From Callorhinchus milii (lineage: Eukaryota), in contig NW_024704742.1 in assembly GCF_018977255.1 (NCBI RefSeq), forward strand, positions 71,922,001-71,986,000: DNA of 64,000 bases, read 5' to 3'. Both the position numbers and the translations under genes were made by a program. Shown in pieces: positions 1 through 13,400 of this stretch; position 1 is the stretch's first letter, and the number at the start of each line of letters is the position of its first letter. Below the pieces are notes generated by a model, which was not told where the DNA came from, ran no database searches, and saw only the letters and a program-made list of their open reading frames with translations.

Positions 1-2562
1 AGTCCCACAGCAGTGGAGGAAATAATCTCACTCTGGGTCCAACTCAAAAACCAGCCTCTGTCTCAGTAATAATAATCCTTGCATTTGATACAGCGCTTTA
101 TCTTGTCTTCGAGACGTCTCAACAGAATATACTGTAAAGTGAATTGACTGTGTATTTTGTGGGCAAAAGAAAACAGTGACAAACAGGAGCAGACGATCCC
201 TCTATTTCACATCCACAAGTTTCCTCGCACCATCTCTCTCTCATCACCTCAACCACCCCCAGTCTGTCCATGTAGAGTGTCTTGCCCGTTTGCCGTGAGA
301 GTCTCTGTCTCATCGCGGCTCCAGAGCTGTGGTTATCACACACCCAGTGATCACCAGTTACTGGAAAGTTAACCTCTCCGTCCATGCTCTCTCTCCCCAA
401 GTTTTCACCTTATTTTGAAACTCCAACCTCTTGTTAAATTTTGCACATAGGAGAAAAACACAGCCAAATTTTACAACCTTTTATTTCCCACTGTGTGGTT
501 TCCACAGTGCGGATCACTTGTGTTGAACCTATTACCTGATGCCTTGTGTATTGTTGTTTAATTATAATATTTCCATATACAAACAAATAATAGTAATAAT
601 CCTTGCATTTGATACAGCACCTCATCATGTCGTTGCAACATCTCAAAGCGCCTCACAGGGTATACTGTAAAGTGAATTAACTGTGTATTTTATGGGCAAA
701 AAATAAAGACTGGTTTAGAGCCTGGAAAAAACAGAGATATATTTGATGAAATGTCTACCTGGCTGCTCATTGGGGATGCTGGTGAGATAACAATAATAAA
801 GTAATTTGGTCATTCAATCCAAGTTTGTGGGACACTGCTGTGCGCAATTAGCTTCCGCGTTTTGCTCACAAAATATACAGTCAATCCACTTTACAATATA
901 TTCTGTGAAGTGCTTTGAGTCATCTCAATACACTGATAAGGCGCTATATCAAATGCCAAGATTATTATTAGTAGTAATACAGTATTATAATAAATCTTGC
1001 ATTTAATAAATGCTTTATCACATCATTGAGATGTCTCAAAGTGCTTCACAGGATTTTACTGTGTCTTTATTGGCGAGATGTCTATCTATGTCACAGGTTG
1101 TGTGAGTTTCTCTCTCTGGTTCAATATCACAGCAACTCAGTCAGCAACACGTGGAGTCACGGAATGTTCTGGCACTGAAATCGACCGTTTAACCCGTCCG
1201 GTCAAGACAGGTGTTTGTCTCAGGCACGGCTATATCCTCATTCTCCTGTGGACTCACAGTAGTCTTTAACCTTCCCTTTAATGTCCCTTTTTGTGATGAT
1301 CTTAAACTTGTGCCGCTAGTGACTGAAATCAAAATATCATCCTTCACAGTAACAATGCAAAAACTATATATTTTAATTTTATTCATTTAAAAACAAGCGA
1401 TAAATATATCACCATCAAAAAGTAAGTGTGACTGGGGAGACCGGGTGCTGGCTGAGATATTGTTTTTATATATAAACCTTTTACCTTAGGCAAGTTTCCT
1501 TACTCTGCACACCTCTGTTTACTCAGCAGTAAGTAGGAACCCGGTTGTTCGTCGATTGGCAAATCGCTCTCCCGGGGGTAATAATCCCTCAGAAAATAGT
1601 ACTCATAATAATAATAATAATCATTTGGTCACTCAATCTAACGAATGCTTGTGGAACACCGCTGTGTGCAATTTGCTGCCGTGTTTCTCCCACAAAATAC
1701 ACTTACAGCATATTTTGTGATGCGCTTTGAGACGTCTCAACAGTGTGATAAGGCGCTATATCATATGCAAGGATTATTGTTATTATTATTATAAAAGTAA
1801 TGTGATTTATATTATTTTTAAATCTAAAAACCCAGCTTGCTCTGAGCAGAACTGGGAGTGAACAGTATGATGCAAGTGGGACTTGCAGCTCAAGAATGTG
1901 AGAGAATTTAAACCGAGAAACAGAGAGAGAGAAAATCTTACACTGAACTCAAAGTGTTTTCTCTCTGATTTCCCCCGTGTGAGTCCAACCTTTTCCAAAC
2001 CACCCCACAAACACTTCCCAATCCCCGCTGAGAGTTCAGGCGTTGCTGTGTTCACCAGGGTTCTCCGGACGGATACTTAGGGGATTGATTACAGTAATAG
2101 TCTATTGCCTTGCAAGCGAGAGGACCTGGGTTTGATTCCTGGGCAGGGCGAAACCTTAGGCAAGTTTCCTTACTCCACACGTTTCTGTTTACCTAGCAGT
2201 AAATAGGAACCCGGTTGTTAGTCGATTGGCGGATTACTTTTCTCGGGGTAATAATCCCTCCAAATAAAAATAAAAAATGATAATAATAATTTGGTCACTG
2301 AATCCACAACTGTTTGTGGGACATTGCGGTGTGCAATTGGCTGCCGATTATTTATAATAATAATAATCCTTTGCCCACAAAATATACAGTCAATAAGCTT
2401 TACAGTATATCCTGTGAAGCAATCTGAGTCGTCTCGACAACATGATAAAATGCTGTATCAAATGCAACAATTATTATTATAATTAAGAGTCAAAGCAAAT
2501 TATAAACAAATTAAAGGAGATGCAAGGAGTAATATTATTATTATGTTATTATGATGTTATTA

Positions 2563-2895
2563 CAGTTGAAATCATTGCGTAGAGGTCATTTCTAAGTGGT
2601 CATTCAGGCCAATAACACTGCCACGTTACATATGAATGGATGATACTTTTCTTAGTATGTCCGAACTTCCGAAAATAGCTACTGTTTGCAGGAGGTTGAT
2701 ATTTTGTTCACTGGGTGTATTGCAAGCCATTTCTGAATAGTATTATTCAGTGCCAGTTGTAGTGATGATTGTAGGAACTATGTTTGTATTAACACATTCA
2801 ATGTGTAGATCAATGTATTTCCTGATCTTCTCTAGTTCCTTATTTCTTACATTTATTCAATTGGGATAGCCACATCAATAATGCTACATGTACAA
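2563..2895 (-). mobile_element. R4/Dong-type non-LTR retrotransposon relic (restriction-like endonuclease C-terminus)
   Basis: Minus-strand translation gives IIDVAIP, KELEKIRKYIDL...IVPTII and LQTVAIFGSSDILRKV in the expected order; flanked on both sides by TAA/TTA repeats. Confidence 0.7.
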
Positions 2896-3175
2896 TCTAG
2901 TATTATTATTATTAATCTTCACCCACAAAATATACAGTCAAATCACTTTACAATATATTCTGTAAATCACTTTGAGACATCTTGAAGGCGTGATAAGGCG
3001 CTATATCATATACAAAGATCATTATTGTTATTTTTACTAATAATAACTGTTCCGGTGGACTTTAAAGATCCCGCAGCCTGACAAAAAAATTGTTAATAAT
3101 AATAATAACGGATAGTAGTGATGCCCACAATGAGACCCACTGAGATGGAGAGAGAGATTGCTCTCTCTCGCTTTT

Positions 3176-3209
<34 letters not shown>

Positions 3210-3729
3210 GGATCTCCTCCCCCTGACACAATCGTTCCCCCCTAAAGCGAGTTCATTCTCAGTTTTTTTTCCATGAACTTTCATTTCTGTTCATATCTTG
3301 GAGGTGGGGTGGGGTGAACTGAAGAAGGGAACAAATGCTTTGTAACAGAGTGAAAGTGATTCAAAACCATTGCCGCTGACACTCTCACCTCTGGGTCGGT
3401 CAGGAGGTTGTGGGTTTGAGCCCCACACCAGGGACTTTGAGTTCACAGTCCAGGCTGACTCTCCAGCGCAGCGAAGAGAGCACCGCGTTGTCAGAGACGC
3501 CGTCCTTCGCATGAGACGTTAAAGATTTCCCGCTGCGCTGTCGGGGAAAAGAGAAGGGAGTTTCTCTCTCCCGGTGTCCTTGTTCACAATCCCCCAGATA
3601 AAATCACTCAAGTCACAGTTTTCTAAATGGGGTTGAATCCTCCCCCCCCCTCCCCACCCACACACAGTCACCAATGTTGACACAAATTCTCTTTGAAGCG
3701 CTTTGAGACATGTGTAGGTCAGAGACACT

Positions 3730-4175
3730 GTGTGTAATTAATGTACTATAATTAAATTAGGCATATACTAACACTATAATATAATCGTATATATGGTTAC
3801 AACTATATTATAGGGTTAATATATAATACTACAATGTATAATATATATTGTTAGTGAATTTTAATAACAATAACAACAATAATGGATTTGTTAGTTATAA
3901 TGTATTTAAACATAATAAATGATATATTTCTGAACTGCTTGTTCAGGCACTGACAGTGTTATATATTATATTATGGTTATATATATGTTATAGTGTTATT
4001 ATATTTAATTTATTATATAAATATAATAAAGTAATATATAATATACTCTAATAATATTATTTCTCCCCTTCGACACAATTGTTCCCCTGAACTAATCTAT
4101 ATAATTTATAATATATAAATGTAATAAATAAAATATAACATATCAATATATATAACTATAATATATAAGACTTTA
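3730..4175. repeat. AT-rich low-complexity tract
   Basis: Almost entirely A/T, with TATA and TAA motifs. Confidence 0.85.
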
Positions 4176-4234
4176 AGTGGAGGGAGTGAATCTCTCTATG
4201 AGCAAATCTCTAACGCCCAGTTACACCTGTGAAA

Positions 4235-6505
4235 TCTCTCCTTTTATCCTTTTTCTCTTTCTCCCTCTCTTTCTCTCTCCTCTCTTTCTCCTCTTTCTCT
4301 CTCACTCTCTCCTCTTTCTCTCTCATTCTCTTCTCTCTTTCTCCCACTCTCTTCTTTGTCTGTCACTCTCTCCTTTATCTTCCTCTTTCTCTCTCTCACT
4401 CTCTCCCCTGTCTCTCTTTCAGTCCGACTCTTTCTCTTCCTCTCTATCTCTTTCTCTCTCACTCTCTCCCTTTTCTCTCTCCCCCTCTTTCTCTCTCACT
4501 CTCTCCTCTATCCCCAGGCTACAAACTGCGGCATGTGATTCCAGCCCGGCTTCTGTCCAGCTGTCTGCCCCCCCTCTCCTCTCCCCCCTCTCTGCCTCCT
4601 TCTCCCCCCCTCTGCCCTCCCCCCATCTCCCCCCTCTCCCCATCTCTGCCCCCTCCCCCCTCTCTCCCCCCCCACCCTTTCCCCCTCTCTGCCCCCCCCC
4701 ACCCTCTCTGCCCCTCTCCCCTCTCTGCCCACTCTCCCTCTCTGCCCCTCCCCTCTCTGCCCCCCACCCTCTCCCCCTCTCTGCCCCCTCCCCCCTCTCT
4801 CCCCCCCACCCTTTCCCCCTCTCTGCCCCCCACCCTCTCTGCCCCCTCTCTCCCCCCCTCTCCCCCTCTCTGCCACTCCTCTCTGCCCCTCTCTCCCTCC
4901 TCTTCCCTCCTCTCTCCCCTCCTTTCTCCCCCTCTCTCCCCTTCTCTCTGCCCCCTCTCTCCCCTCCTCTCTGCCCTCCTCTCTCCCCCTCTCTCCCCTC
5001 CTCTCTGCCCCTCTCTCCCTCCTCTCTCCCCCTCTCTCCCCTCCTCTCTGCCCCCTCTCTCCCCTCCTCTCTCCCCCTCTCTCCCCTCCTCTCTCCCCCT
5101 CTCTCCCCTCCTCTCTCCCCTCTCTCCCCTCCTCTCTGCCCCCTCTCTCCCCTCCTCTCTGCCCCCTCTCTCCCCTCCTCTCTGCCCCTCTCTCCCTCCT
5201 CTCTGCCCCCTCTCCCTCCTCTCTCCCCTCTCTCCCTCTCTCTCCCCTCCTCTCTCCCCTCCTCTCTGCCCTCCTCTCTCCCCCTCTCTCCCCTCCTCTC
5301 TGCCCCTCTTTGCCCCTTCTCTCCCCTCCTGTCTCCCCCTCTCTCCCCTCCTCTCTGCCCCTCTTTGCCCCTTCTCTCCCTCCTCTCTCCCCTCTCTCCC
5401 CTCCTCTCTGCCCCTCTTTGCCCCTTCTCTCCCCCTCTCTCCCCTCTCTGCCCCCTCTCTCTCCCCCTCTCTCCCCTCCTCTCTCCCCCTCTCTCCCCTC
5501 TCTCCCCTCTCCCCTCTCTCCTCCTCTCTCCCCTCTCTCCCCTCTCTGCCCCCTCTCTCTCCCCCTCTCTCCCCTCCTCTCTCCCCCTCTCTCTCCCCTC
5601 TCTCCCCTCTCTCTCCCCCTCTCTCCCCCTCTCTCCCCCTCTCTCCCCTCTCCCCCTCTCTCCCCCTCTCTCCCCTCCTCTCTGCCCTCTCTCCCCTCCT
5701 CTCTCCCCCTCTCTCCCCTCCTCTCTGCCCCCTCTCTCCCCCTCTCTCCCCTCCTCTCTCCTCCTCTCTCCCTCCTCTCTCCCCCTTCTCTCCCCTCCTC
5801 TCTGCCCCCTCTCTGCCCCCTCCTCTCTCCCCCCTCTCCCTCCTCTCTCCCCCTCTCTCCCTCCTCTCTGCCCCCTCTCTCCCCTCCTCTCTCCCCTCCT
5901 CTCTCCCCTCCTCTGCCCCTCTCTCTCCCCTCCTCTCTCCCTCCTCTCTGCCCCTCTTTGCCCCTTCTCTCCCCCTCTCTCCCCTCTCCCCTCCTCTCTG
6001 CCCCTCTTTGNNNNNNNNNNNNNNNNNNNNNNNNNTCCCTCTCCCCCTCTCTCCCTCCTCTCTGCCCTCTTTGCCCCTTCTCCCCCTCTCCCCTCTCTCT
6101 GCCCCTCCCTCTCCCCCTCCTCTCCCCTCCCCTCCTCTCTGCCCCTCCCCCTCTCCCTCCTCTCGCCCTCCTCTCTCCCCTCCCTCTCCCCATCTCTCCC
6201 TCCTCTCTGCCCTCTCTCCCCTCCTCTCTGCCCCCTCTCTCCCCTCCTCTCTCCCCTCCACTCTGCCCTCCTCTCTCCCCCTCTCTCCCCTCCTCTCTGC
6301 CCCTCTCTCCCCTCCTCTCCCCTCCTCCCTCCCCTCTCTCCCCTCCTCTCTCCCTTCTCTCCCCTCCTCTCTGCCCCTCTCTCCCCTCCTCTCTCCCCAT
6401 CTCTCCCCTCCTCTCTGCCCTCTCTCCCCTCCACTCTGCTCCCCCCCCCCCCCACCCACTCTCTTTCCTTTCTCTTTCTCTCCCTCCTCTCTTGTTCTCT
6501 CTCAG
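4235..6505. repeat. About 2.3-kb polypyrimidine (C/T) low-complexity tract containing an assembly gap
   Basis: Units such as CTCTCCCCTC and CTCTCTGCCC; 25 N at 6011-6035. Confidence 0.97.
6011..6035. other. Assembly gap
   Basis: Run of 25 N. Confidence 1.
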
Positions 6506-9500
6506 TCCATTAAAAAGGACACACTTTCAAAGCCGTCCTTCCGATGAGATGTTAACCCAAGCTCCCGGCTTCATGTTCAGCTAGACGCTAAAGATCTCCC
6601 GCGGCGCTATTGGAAAAGAGAAGGTAGTTTCTCTCCCCTGGTGTTCTGGCCGACAATGCTCTAAATAAAATTGGTCACGTACTTCATGGCTGTGTGTGGG
6701 ACACTGCTGTGTGCAATTGGCTGCCGAGTTTCGCCCACAATATACAGTCACTACTCTTTACAGTATATTCTGCGAAGCGCCATGGAATCTTTAAAGCCCA
6801 CCTGAACGAGCAGACGGTTTAACATCTCAACCGAAGGACGGCAACTCCGACAATGCAAACCCCCTCCCATCCCAGGACTGTATTGGAGGTCAGCCTAAAC
6901 TGTGTGAATCCAAGTCCTGACATGGGGGCCTGAACATACAACCTTCTGACTCTGAGGCGGGAGCTCTACCTACGGAGCCAGGATGACACCATTGCTTAGG
7001 GAGTTCAGATGCTGTTCATGTGAGAGGTCTGTCTCAGTCGATAGCACTCTTATATCTGAGTTTGAAGATTGTGGGTTCAAGCCCCACATCAGACTTTGAG
7101 CTCACAGTCTAGGCTGACATTTCAGTGCAGGGCTGGGGGGAGCTCTGCATTGTTGGAGGTGTTGTCCTTCAGATGAGATCTTAAACTGAGCTCTGCTCAG
7201 CACCTTGTTCAGGTGGACATTAAAGATCCTACAGCGCTGTTGGTAAAGGCTTCTCCTGGCAGACAATCCCTGCGAAAGAGCAAGAGAAGGAGAGAAAAAA
7301 GAAAAAGAGAAAGCGAGAGAGAGGGAGAGAGAGAGAGCGATAAGGAAACTAATATCTAAATAGGTCACTAGCCAACGTTACCAATAGCTCAAGCCAGGCA
7401 GGTTCACAGTGTTCCAGGGCACTGCTGATGTCACCCAGGCACTGGCTCATCGGCAGGACCTGAAAGGGTAGACCAGTCACTTCGATTTCAAAATCCTCAC
7501 CCTTGTATTCAAGTCCCTGCACTCCTCCACACCCCCCTACCTCTCTGACCTCCTCTCTCCTCAGCACAGTACCCGTTGCCTTTGTTCCTCCGGGTCTGGC
7601 CTCCTCCGAGTCCTCCGCTCCACCCTCGGCGGCCGTGCCTTCAGCCACTATGCCCCGAGGCTCTGGAATTCCCTTCCTCACTCTCTTTGTCTCGCTCCCT
7701 CGCTTCCCATTTTCAGGTCTCTGCTGAAGACCTTTCTTTTCGACCGCGCCTTTGATCACCTTCCTCCCCCTCCCCCCGGCTCGGCCCCGGGATCCGTTAC
7801 TGTAAGGCGCTCCAGGGAGAGAGTGCACATTCCATTCCAACAATCTATCTCTGGGATTTCCACGTATAGGTGGGATACATGGAAATCTCAGTTTGGTTTG
7901 GATACTCTTAAGCATGGTGATGGATTTCTGTGTGTGTCAGACACCCGGCTGATCACGGTGATGGGTTTCTGCATGGGTCAGAGTTCCAGTGGGGAGCGAG
8001 CACCAGCAAAGATATGATGGTGAGAAAGCAGGGAATGTGATTAGTGTGAAGAGTTTCAGTGGGGGAGCGAGACCCAGCACAGACACGATGAGAAGAGAGC
8101 AGGGAATGGGATTAGAGTAGAGCCCGAGGTGTGGCAACATTGGTTTAATTGCCTCGCCTGTTACAGACAGTGCGGCGAGATCTCTTCTATTCCCTCATGT
8201 ATATATCAAACTCTTAATAATTGTAATCCTCACAAAAGATATCGCGCCTTTCACATAAGGAAGCCACCTTAAAGCGCTTCAGAAGACCTACTGTAAAGTC
8301 CAGTAACATAGTGGTTAGCATGCTTGGCTCGCAAGCAAGAGGACCCGGGTTTGATTCCTGGGCAGGTCGATACTTTAGGCATGTTTCCTTACTCCACCAG
8401 TCTATGTTGACCTAGCAGTAGGTAGAACCCTACTGGTTCTAGTTGATTGGCGGATTGCTTTCTGGGGGTAATAATCTCCTTAAAACAATAATAATTTGGT
8501 CACTCAACCATGACTGTTTGTGGGACACTGCTGGGCGCAATTGGCTGCCGCATTTCGTCTACAAAATACACAGTCAAACTACTTTTGCAGTATATCCTGT
8601 GAAGCACTTTGAACTATCTCAATGAAGTACTAATGTTCCATATCATATGGAAGGATTATTATTATATTATTATTATTATTGTGTATCACACCTCGCTCCC
8701 ACTCCGACTCTGACTCCGGCTCAGGTTTTGTGCCGGCCAGCGGGAAGTGAGAGGAGTCCAGACGGACGGCGGTGGAAGGGGTTTAGAGACTATTTTACAG
8801 ATCAATGGACCGAGGCGATGGATGTGTGCAATCTTTGATCTGGTTTGGCTACAATGCACGGGAGAGGCGTGTCCCTGTGCCAGGGGTCAGCCACACGTGA
8901 AGGGAATAAGCAGGTGGGTGTTTAGATGTGTAACGATCAGGAATTTTAAGGTAATTTACACTAAAGTCATATCGTTCCATCTGAGGGCTGGGTTCCCACG
9001 CCTCTGTCTGGCCTGCACAGCCCAGCCTGTCCCCAGGCCATCACAGTCAGACCTCTGCTCCTCACCCATTGCCAACTCTTTCATTCCACCCGCTACCTCT
9101 CACTTCAGGAACTCTCTGTGAGAATTGCTGTCAAGTGTAGTGACTGTGTATATAATAATAATCCTTGCATTTGATATAGCGCCTTATCACGTTTTCCAGA
9201 CATCCCAAAGCGATTCACAGAATATATTGCAAAAGTTTAGTGACTGTGTATTTTAGGGGCAAAACATAGCAGCCAATTGCACACAGCAGTTTCCCACAAA
9301 CAGTCATGGATTGAGTAACCACATTTTTTTTAATTTTTGAAGGGGTTATTACTTCTGAAAAAACAATCCACAAATTAACTAACAACCTGCTTACTGCTGG
9401 GTAAACAGAAGTGTGAGTAGTAAGGAAACTGAAACATTTTGATGACATGAATGGCTCTATATCAAATCAAAGATTATTGTTATTGTTATTAATTGTTATT

Positions 9501-9944
9501 ATTTATTATCATTAAGGAATTGAGGCAAATGGATATAAAGGAAAATAAGAAAGTATCCAGACCCTACCTCTCACTCTCACTCACTCACTCTTACTCACTC
9601 TCACTCACTTTCACTCTCTTTCTCTCTCTCACTGTCACTCACTCTCTCTCTCTCACTCACACACAATTGGTCTGGGCAGTTACGCACAACAACATCCTAC
9701 AATTATGGAGTGAGTGACCAATTTTATCTGGGGATTGTTGGCCAGGATATCGGAGAGAGAAACTGGCTTCTCTTTTCCTATAGCAACGCACAATCTTTAA
9801 AATCCACCTGAACAGGCACAGATGGGGAGCTCGGTTCAACATCTCATCCGAAGAATGGTGTCTCTGACAATGTGGCGCTCTTTCCCCCCCATCACTGTGC
9901 TGAAGCGTCAGCCTAGACTGTGAGCTCAGAGTCGCCAATGTGGA

Positions 9945-10486
9945 CTTCTCAACTCTTCCCTCCACAAGTTGCAGACCATCCAGAACTCCACAGCTTCTGT
10001 CATCTCCCGCATCAGGCTCCTTGACCCTATCACCCCCATCCCTGGCTCCCTATCCCCAGAGGATGGAGTTCAAAATCCTCGTCCTCACCTTCAAAGCCCT
10101 CCATGGCCTTGCTCCTTCCTTCCTGTTACCTGTTAACCCCATAATCAACCTACCCACTCCCTCCGCTCAGCAGGCTCCAGCCTGCTCCACATCCCCCGCC
10201 CGGCCCAGCCCACCATCAGTGGTCAGGCCTTCAGCCTCTCTGCCCCCATCCTTTGGAACTCCATCCCACAGTCCCTCCGCCTCACTCCCTCCCTTGCCTC
10301 CTTCAAGGCACATCTCAAGACCTTGCTCTTCAACTGTTCCATTGATCACCCTCCTACACCTACCCTCCCTGCTGTCCACCCCTCCAAATCCCAACCCCCA
10401 GCTCGGGTGCAAATCCTCCATAGTTCAGCATCCTGGGATGTCCTCCCAACATAAAAGGCGCAGTGTAAATTGTTGTTGTTGTTGTG
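9945..10486 (+). mobile_element. L2 3' fragment
   Basis: QRMEFKILVLTFKALHGLAP and (TGT)n tail. Similar short L2 ends lie near 7480-7810, 17655-18210, 28320-28685, 40605-40880, 47170-47440, 51848-52078, 57085-57510 and 59450-60030. Confidence 0.85.
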
Positions 10487-13400
10487 GGCGCTGAACCCAC
10501 TGATGTGCAGAGTCAGTGCTGTAAGGTGTAAACACAAGTGGCTGTTAATGTGTAACAAAGCAACAGAAATGGTAATCACGGCAGACTGAATGCTGACACC
10601 GCTCCAGTCAGATAACATCTGACTATGTAAATCCTGCCCCAGGTGTTAACCCGCTCTGTTCACAGTCCGTTTGTTGTTAGCTTTTATGTTTTAATGTCTT
10701 TTTTATAATTCCTGTAGCTCTTTTCATTGCTGTTGTGGGTCTAGAATCACACTCCTCTCTCTTTCCCTAACTGCCTGTATTGTATTCTCTCTCTCGCTAT
10801 TGTATTTATAATAATAATAATATAAGAAGAATCCTTGCATTTGATATAGCGCCTTATCACATTGTTGGGACGTCTCAAAGCACTTCATAGAATATATTGT
10901 AAAGTGTAGTGACTGTGTATTTTGTGGGCGAAATGTGGCAGTCATTTATGCACAGTAGTGTCCCACAAACAGTCGTAGTTTGAGTGACCAAATTTGTTTT
11001 TGAAGGATTATCATCCCCGGAAAGCGATCCACCAATCGACCAACAACCGGGTTCTTACTTGGTGCACAACAGCATCCTACAACCAGCAATGAAGTGAGTG
11101 ACTGATTTTATCTGGGGGATTGCCGGCCAGGACACCAGGAGACAGAAATTGCCTTCTCTTTTCCAACCGTGCTGCTCTCTCTTCATGGCTGTTTGCAGGA
11201 ATCTGTTGTACGCATATTGGCTGCCGCGTTTTGTCCATTAAACAGACGGTCACAATCCTATTTTCCTCTCCTTGCGAATCCTGTGAAGCACTTTTGAGTA
11301 GTGTTGAGGATGTGATAAGGCGCTGTATCAAATGAAAAGCTTATTATCAGTGTCAGTGGGGAGACAAGAGCTCCAGGTGTCTGACACACGTGGAAACCCA
11401 TCCCCATGCTTAAGAGTCTCTCAACCAAGCTGAGAATTCCATGTATCCCACCTACACATGGAAATCCCAGAGATAGATTATTGGAATGGAATGTGCGCTC
11501 TCTCCCTGGAGGAACATACCCTGTTTACCTAATTCCGGAGAACATTAGGCGCAGGTTGGCAAGAGCCGAGGCTTGGGGACCCCAGAGTGTACGTTGGGAT
11601 AACTGCTGGAGTCTAACCAGCTAAAACCACATAACTTACCATTGATATCACTGTCCGGCAAGCTTTCCCGCTGCTTGTCCTGCCAGGACCACCCTACCCA
11701 TTAAGGCTTTGGCTTGCAGGGTTAACAGGAGCTGAGTGGGAGGATTCCCTGACACCAGCCCAGCAATCAGGAGATGTCTCACAGCCTCCCCCTCACACTC
11801 TGGACACTGTATGTTTGACGCTGGTAAAGTCTGGAGCAGGAGAGGACATGATTGAAAGGTTGTAGAGGGTCTGGAGCTGGGGGAGAGCAGCGAGGAGGGT
11901 GATGGAGGACGAGTCTGGAGATGACAAAGGCGTGGGTGAGGGATTGGGTCAATCGAGACTCGGCAAAACTAACTGAGATTGGCAAAGCTAACCGAGACTT
12001 GGCAATGCTAATTGGGATGAGAGGCGGGGGGAGTGAGGTGGGGATGGGCGCTGTGATAATAATAATCATCCTTGCGTTTGCTACAGCACTTTATCACATC
12101 ATTGAAACCTATCAAAACGCTTCACAGGAAATATTGTAGTGACAGTATATTTGTGGGCCAAACGCGGGAGCCAATTGCATATAGCAGTATCCCACTAAAG
12201 GCGTGGATTGAGTGACCAAATTATTATTTGTTTTGAAGGGATTGTTATCCCAGGGAAGTGATTTTCCAATTGACTAACAAATGGGTTCCTACTTAATGCA
12301 ATGTAAACAGAGGAGTGTGAAATAAGGAAATTTGCCTAACATTTCGCCCTGCCAGGAATCGAACCCGGGTCCTCTCACTTGCGAGGGGAGCTCGCTAACC
12401 ACTGAGCTACATGACTGTGGCTCTGAACTGTGAGCAGAGCTCTCGGTGAAAGGGCAGCTCTACACAACAACATAACAAAATATAAGGAAATCGAGTTGCA
12501 AATTAGCTGGTGGAGGTGTAAAATTATTAACACACTGAGCCGAGACTCTGGTGGGCACAGACGGGAGTCACAGCAACAGCAAATATTTAATCCCTTCAAT
12601 TCCCACATCAGAGAATAAAGATGTTTTACTTTAAACTTTGTAATGAACCTTTGTAATAAGTTAAACTTTAGAATAAACTCTGATATATCAAAAATTTCAT
12701 CGTTTTAGCTTCTAGGTCTGGTTCCTGTCAACCCCGTCAACTCATAAGAGTCCCTGGTTAGAGCGCTTGCTTCGAAAGCGAGAGGACCCAGGTTCGATTC
12801 CCAAGCGGGGCAAAAGCTTAGGCAAGTTTCCTTACTCCACACACCTCCATACACAAAATACACAGCCAATTCTCTATACAGCATATTCTGTGAAGCACTT
12901 TGAGATGTCTTAATGACGTGATAAGGCACAATATCAAATTCAAGGATTTGTGTCCCACAAACAGCCATGAAGTGAGTGACTGATTTTATCTGAGGGATTG
13001 TCGGCCAGGACACCAAGAGAAAGAAACTCACTTTAACATCCACCTGGACAGGCATTGACTGGAGCTGGGGTTGAGGTCCTGTGAGCTCAGGCAGGCTGGG
13101 TGGTGATATCAGGTTCAGGGTCTGAGCAGACAGACAGAGGGTCATCATTGGGGAGATTTTGAAGGGATTAAAAAGCTTTCTGATTCCCTGGCCTGTCCAA
13201 ATAAACCTGCTGCGTTTAATTAATGTCCTCTCATCCCCATTTATCCTGGGATTTAACACGGAATGTGAGTGTGTTCAGGACAAAGGGAGTGTTCAGTGTG
13301 GTTCAGCTTTACCAGAGTGTGGGATCCAACACAACATTTCAAAAGTTGGGAGGTAGTTTAGGCTGATGCCGCAGTGCAGAGCCGGGGGGAGAGAGCACCG

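Noticed and set aside
1189..1386. Possible minus-strand terminal exon (CAG|GAGAATGAG...)
   Set aside because: Weak pyrimidine tract, no partner exons and no recognisable protein.
4177..6584. 400-780 aa Pro/Leu/Ser-rich and Gly/Glu/Arg-rich ORFs
   Set aside because: They arise in all frames from a C/T tract that lacks stop codons, span an N gap and contain no domain.
11406..11624. Recurring short peptide LLEWNVHSLPGG..PVYLIPE.IRRRLARA in several ORFs
   Set aside because: Explained by DNA-level similarity of family C copies. Starts and frames differ between copies and no domain is recognised.
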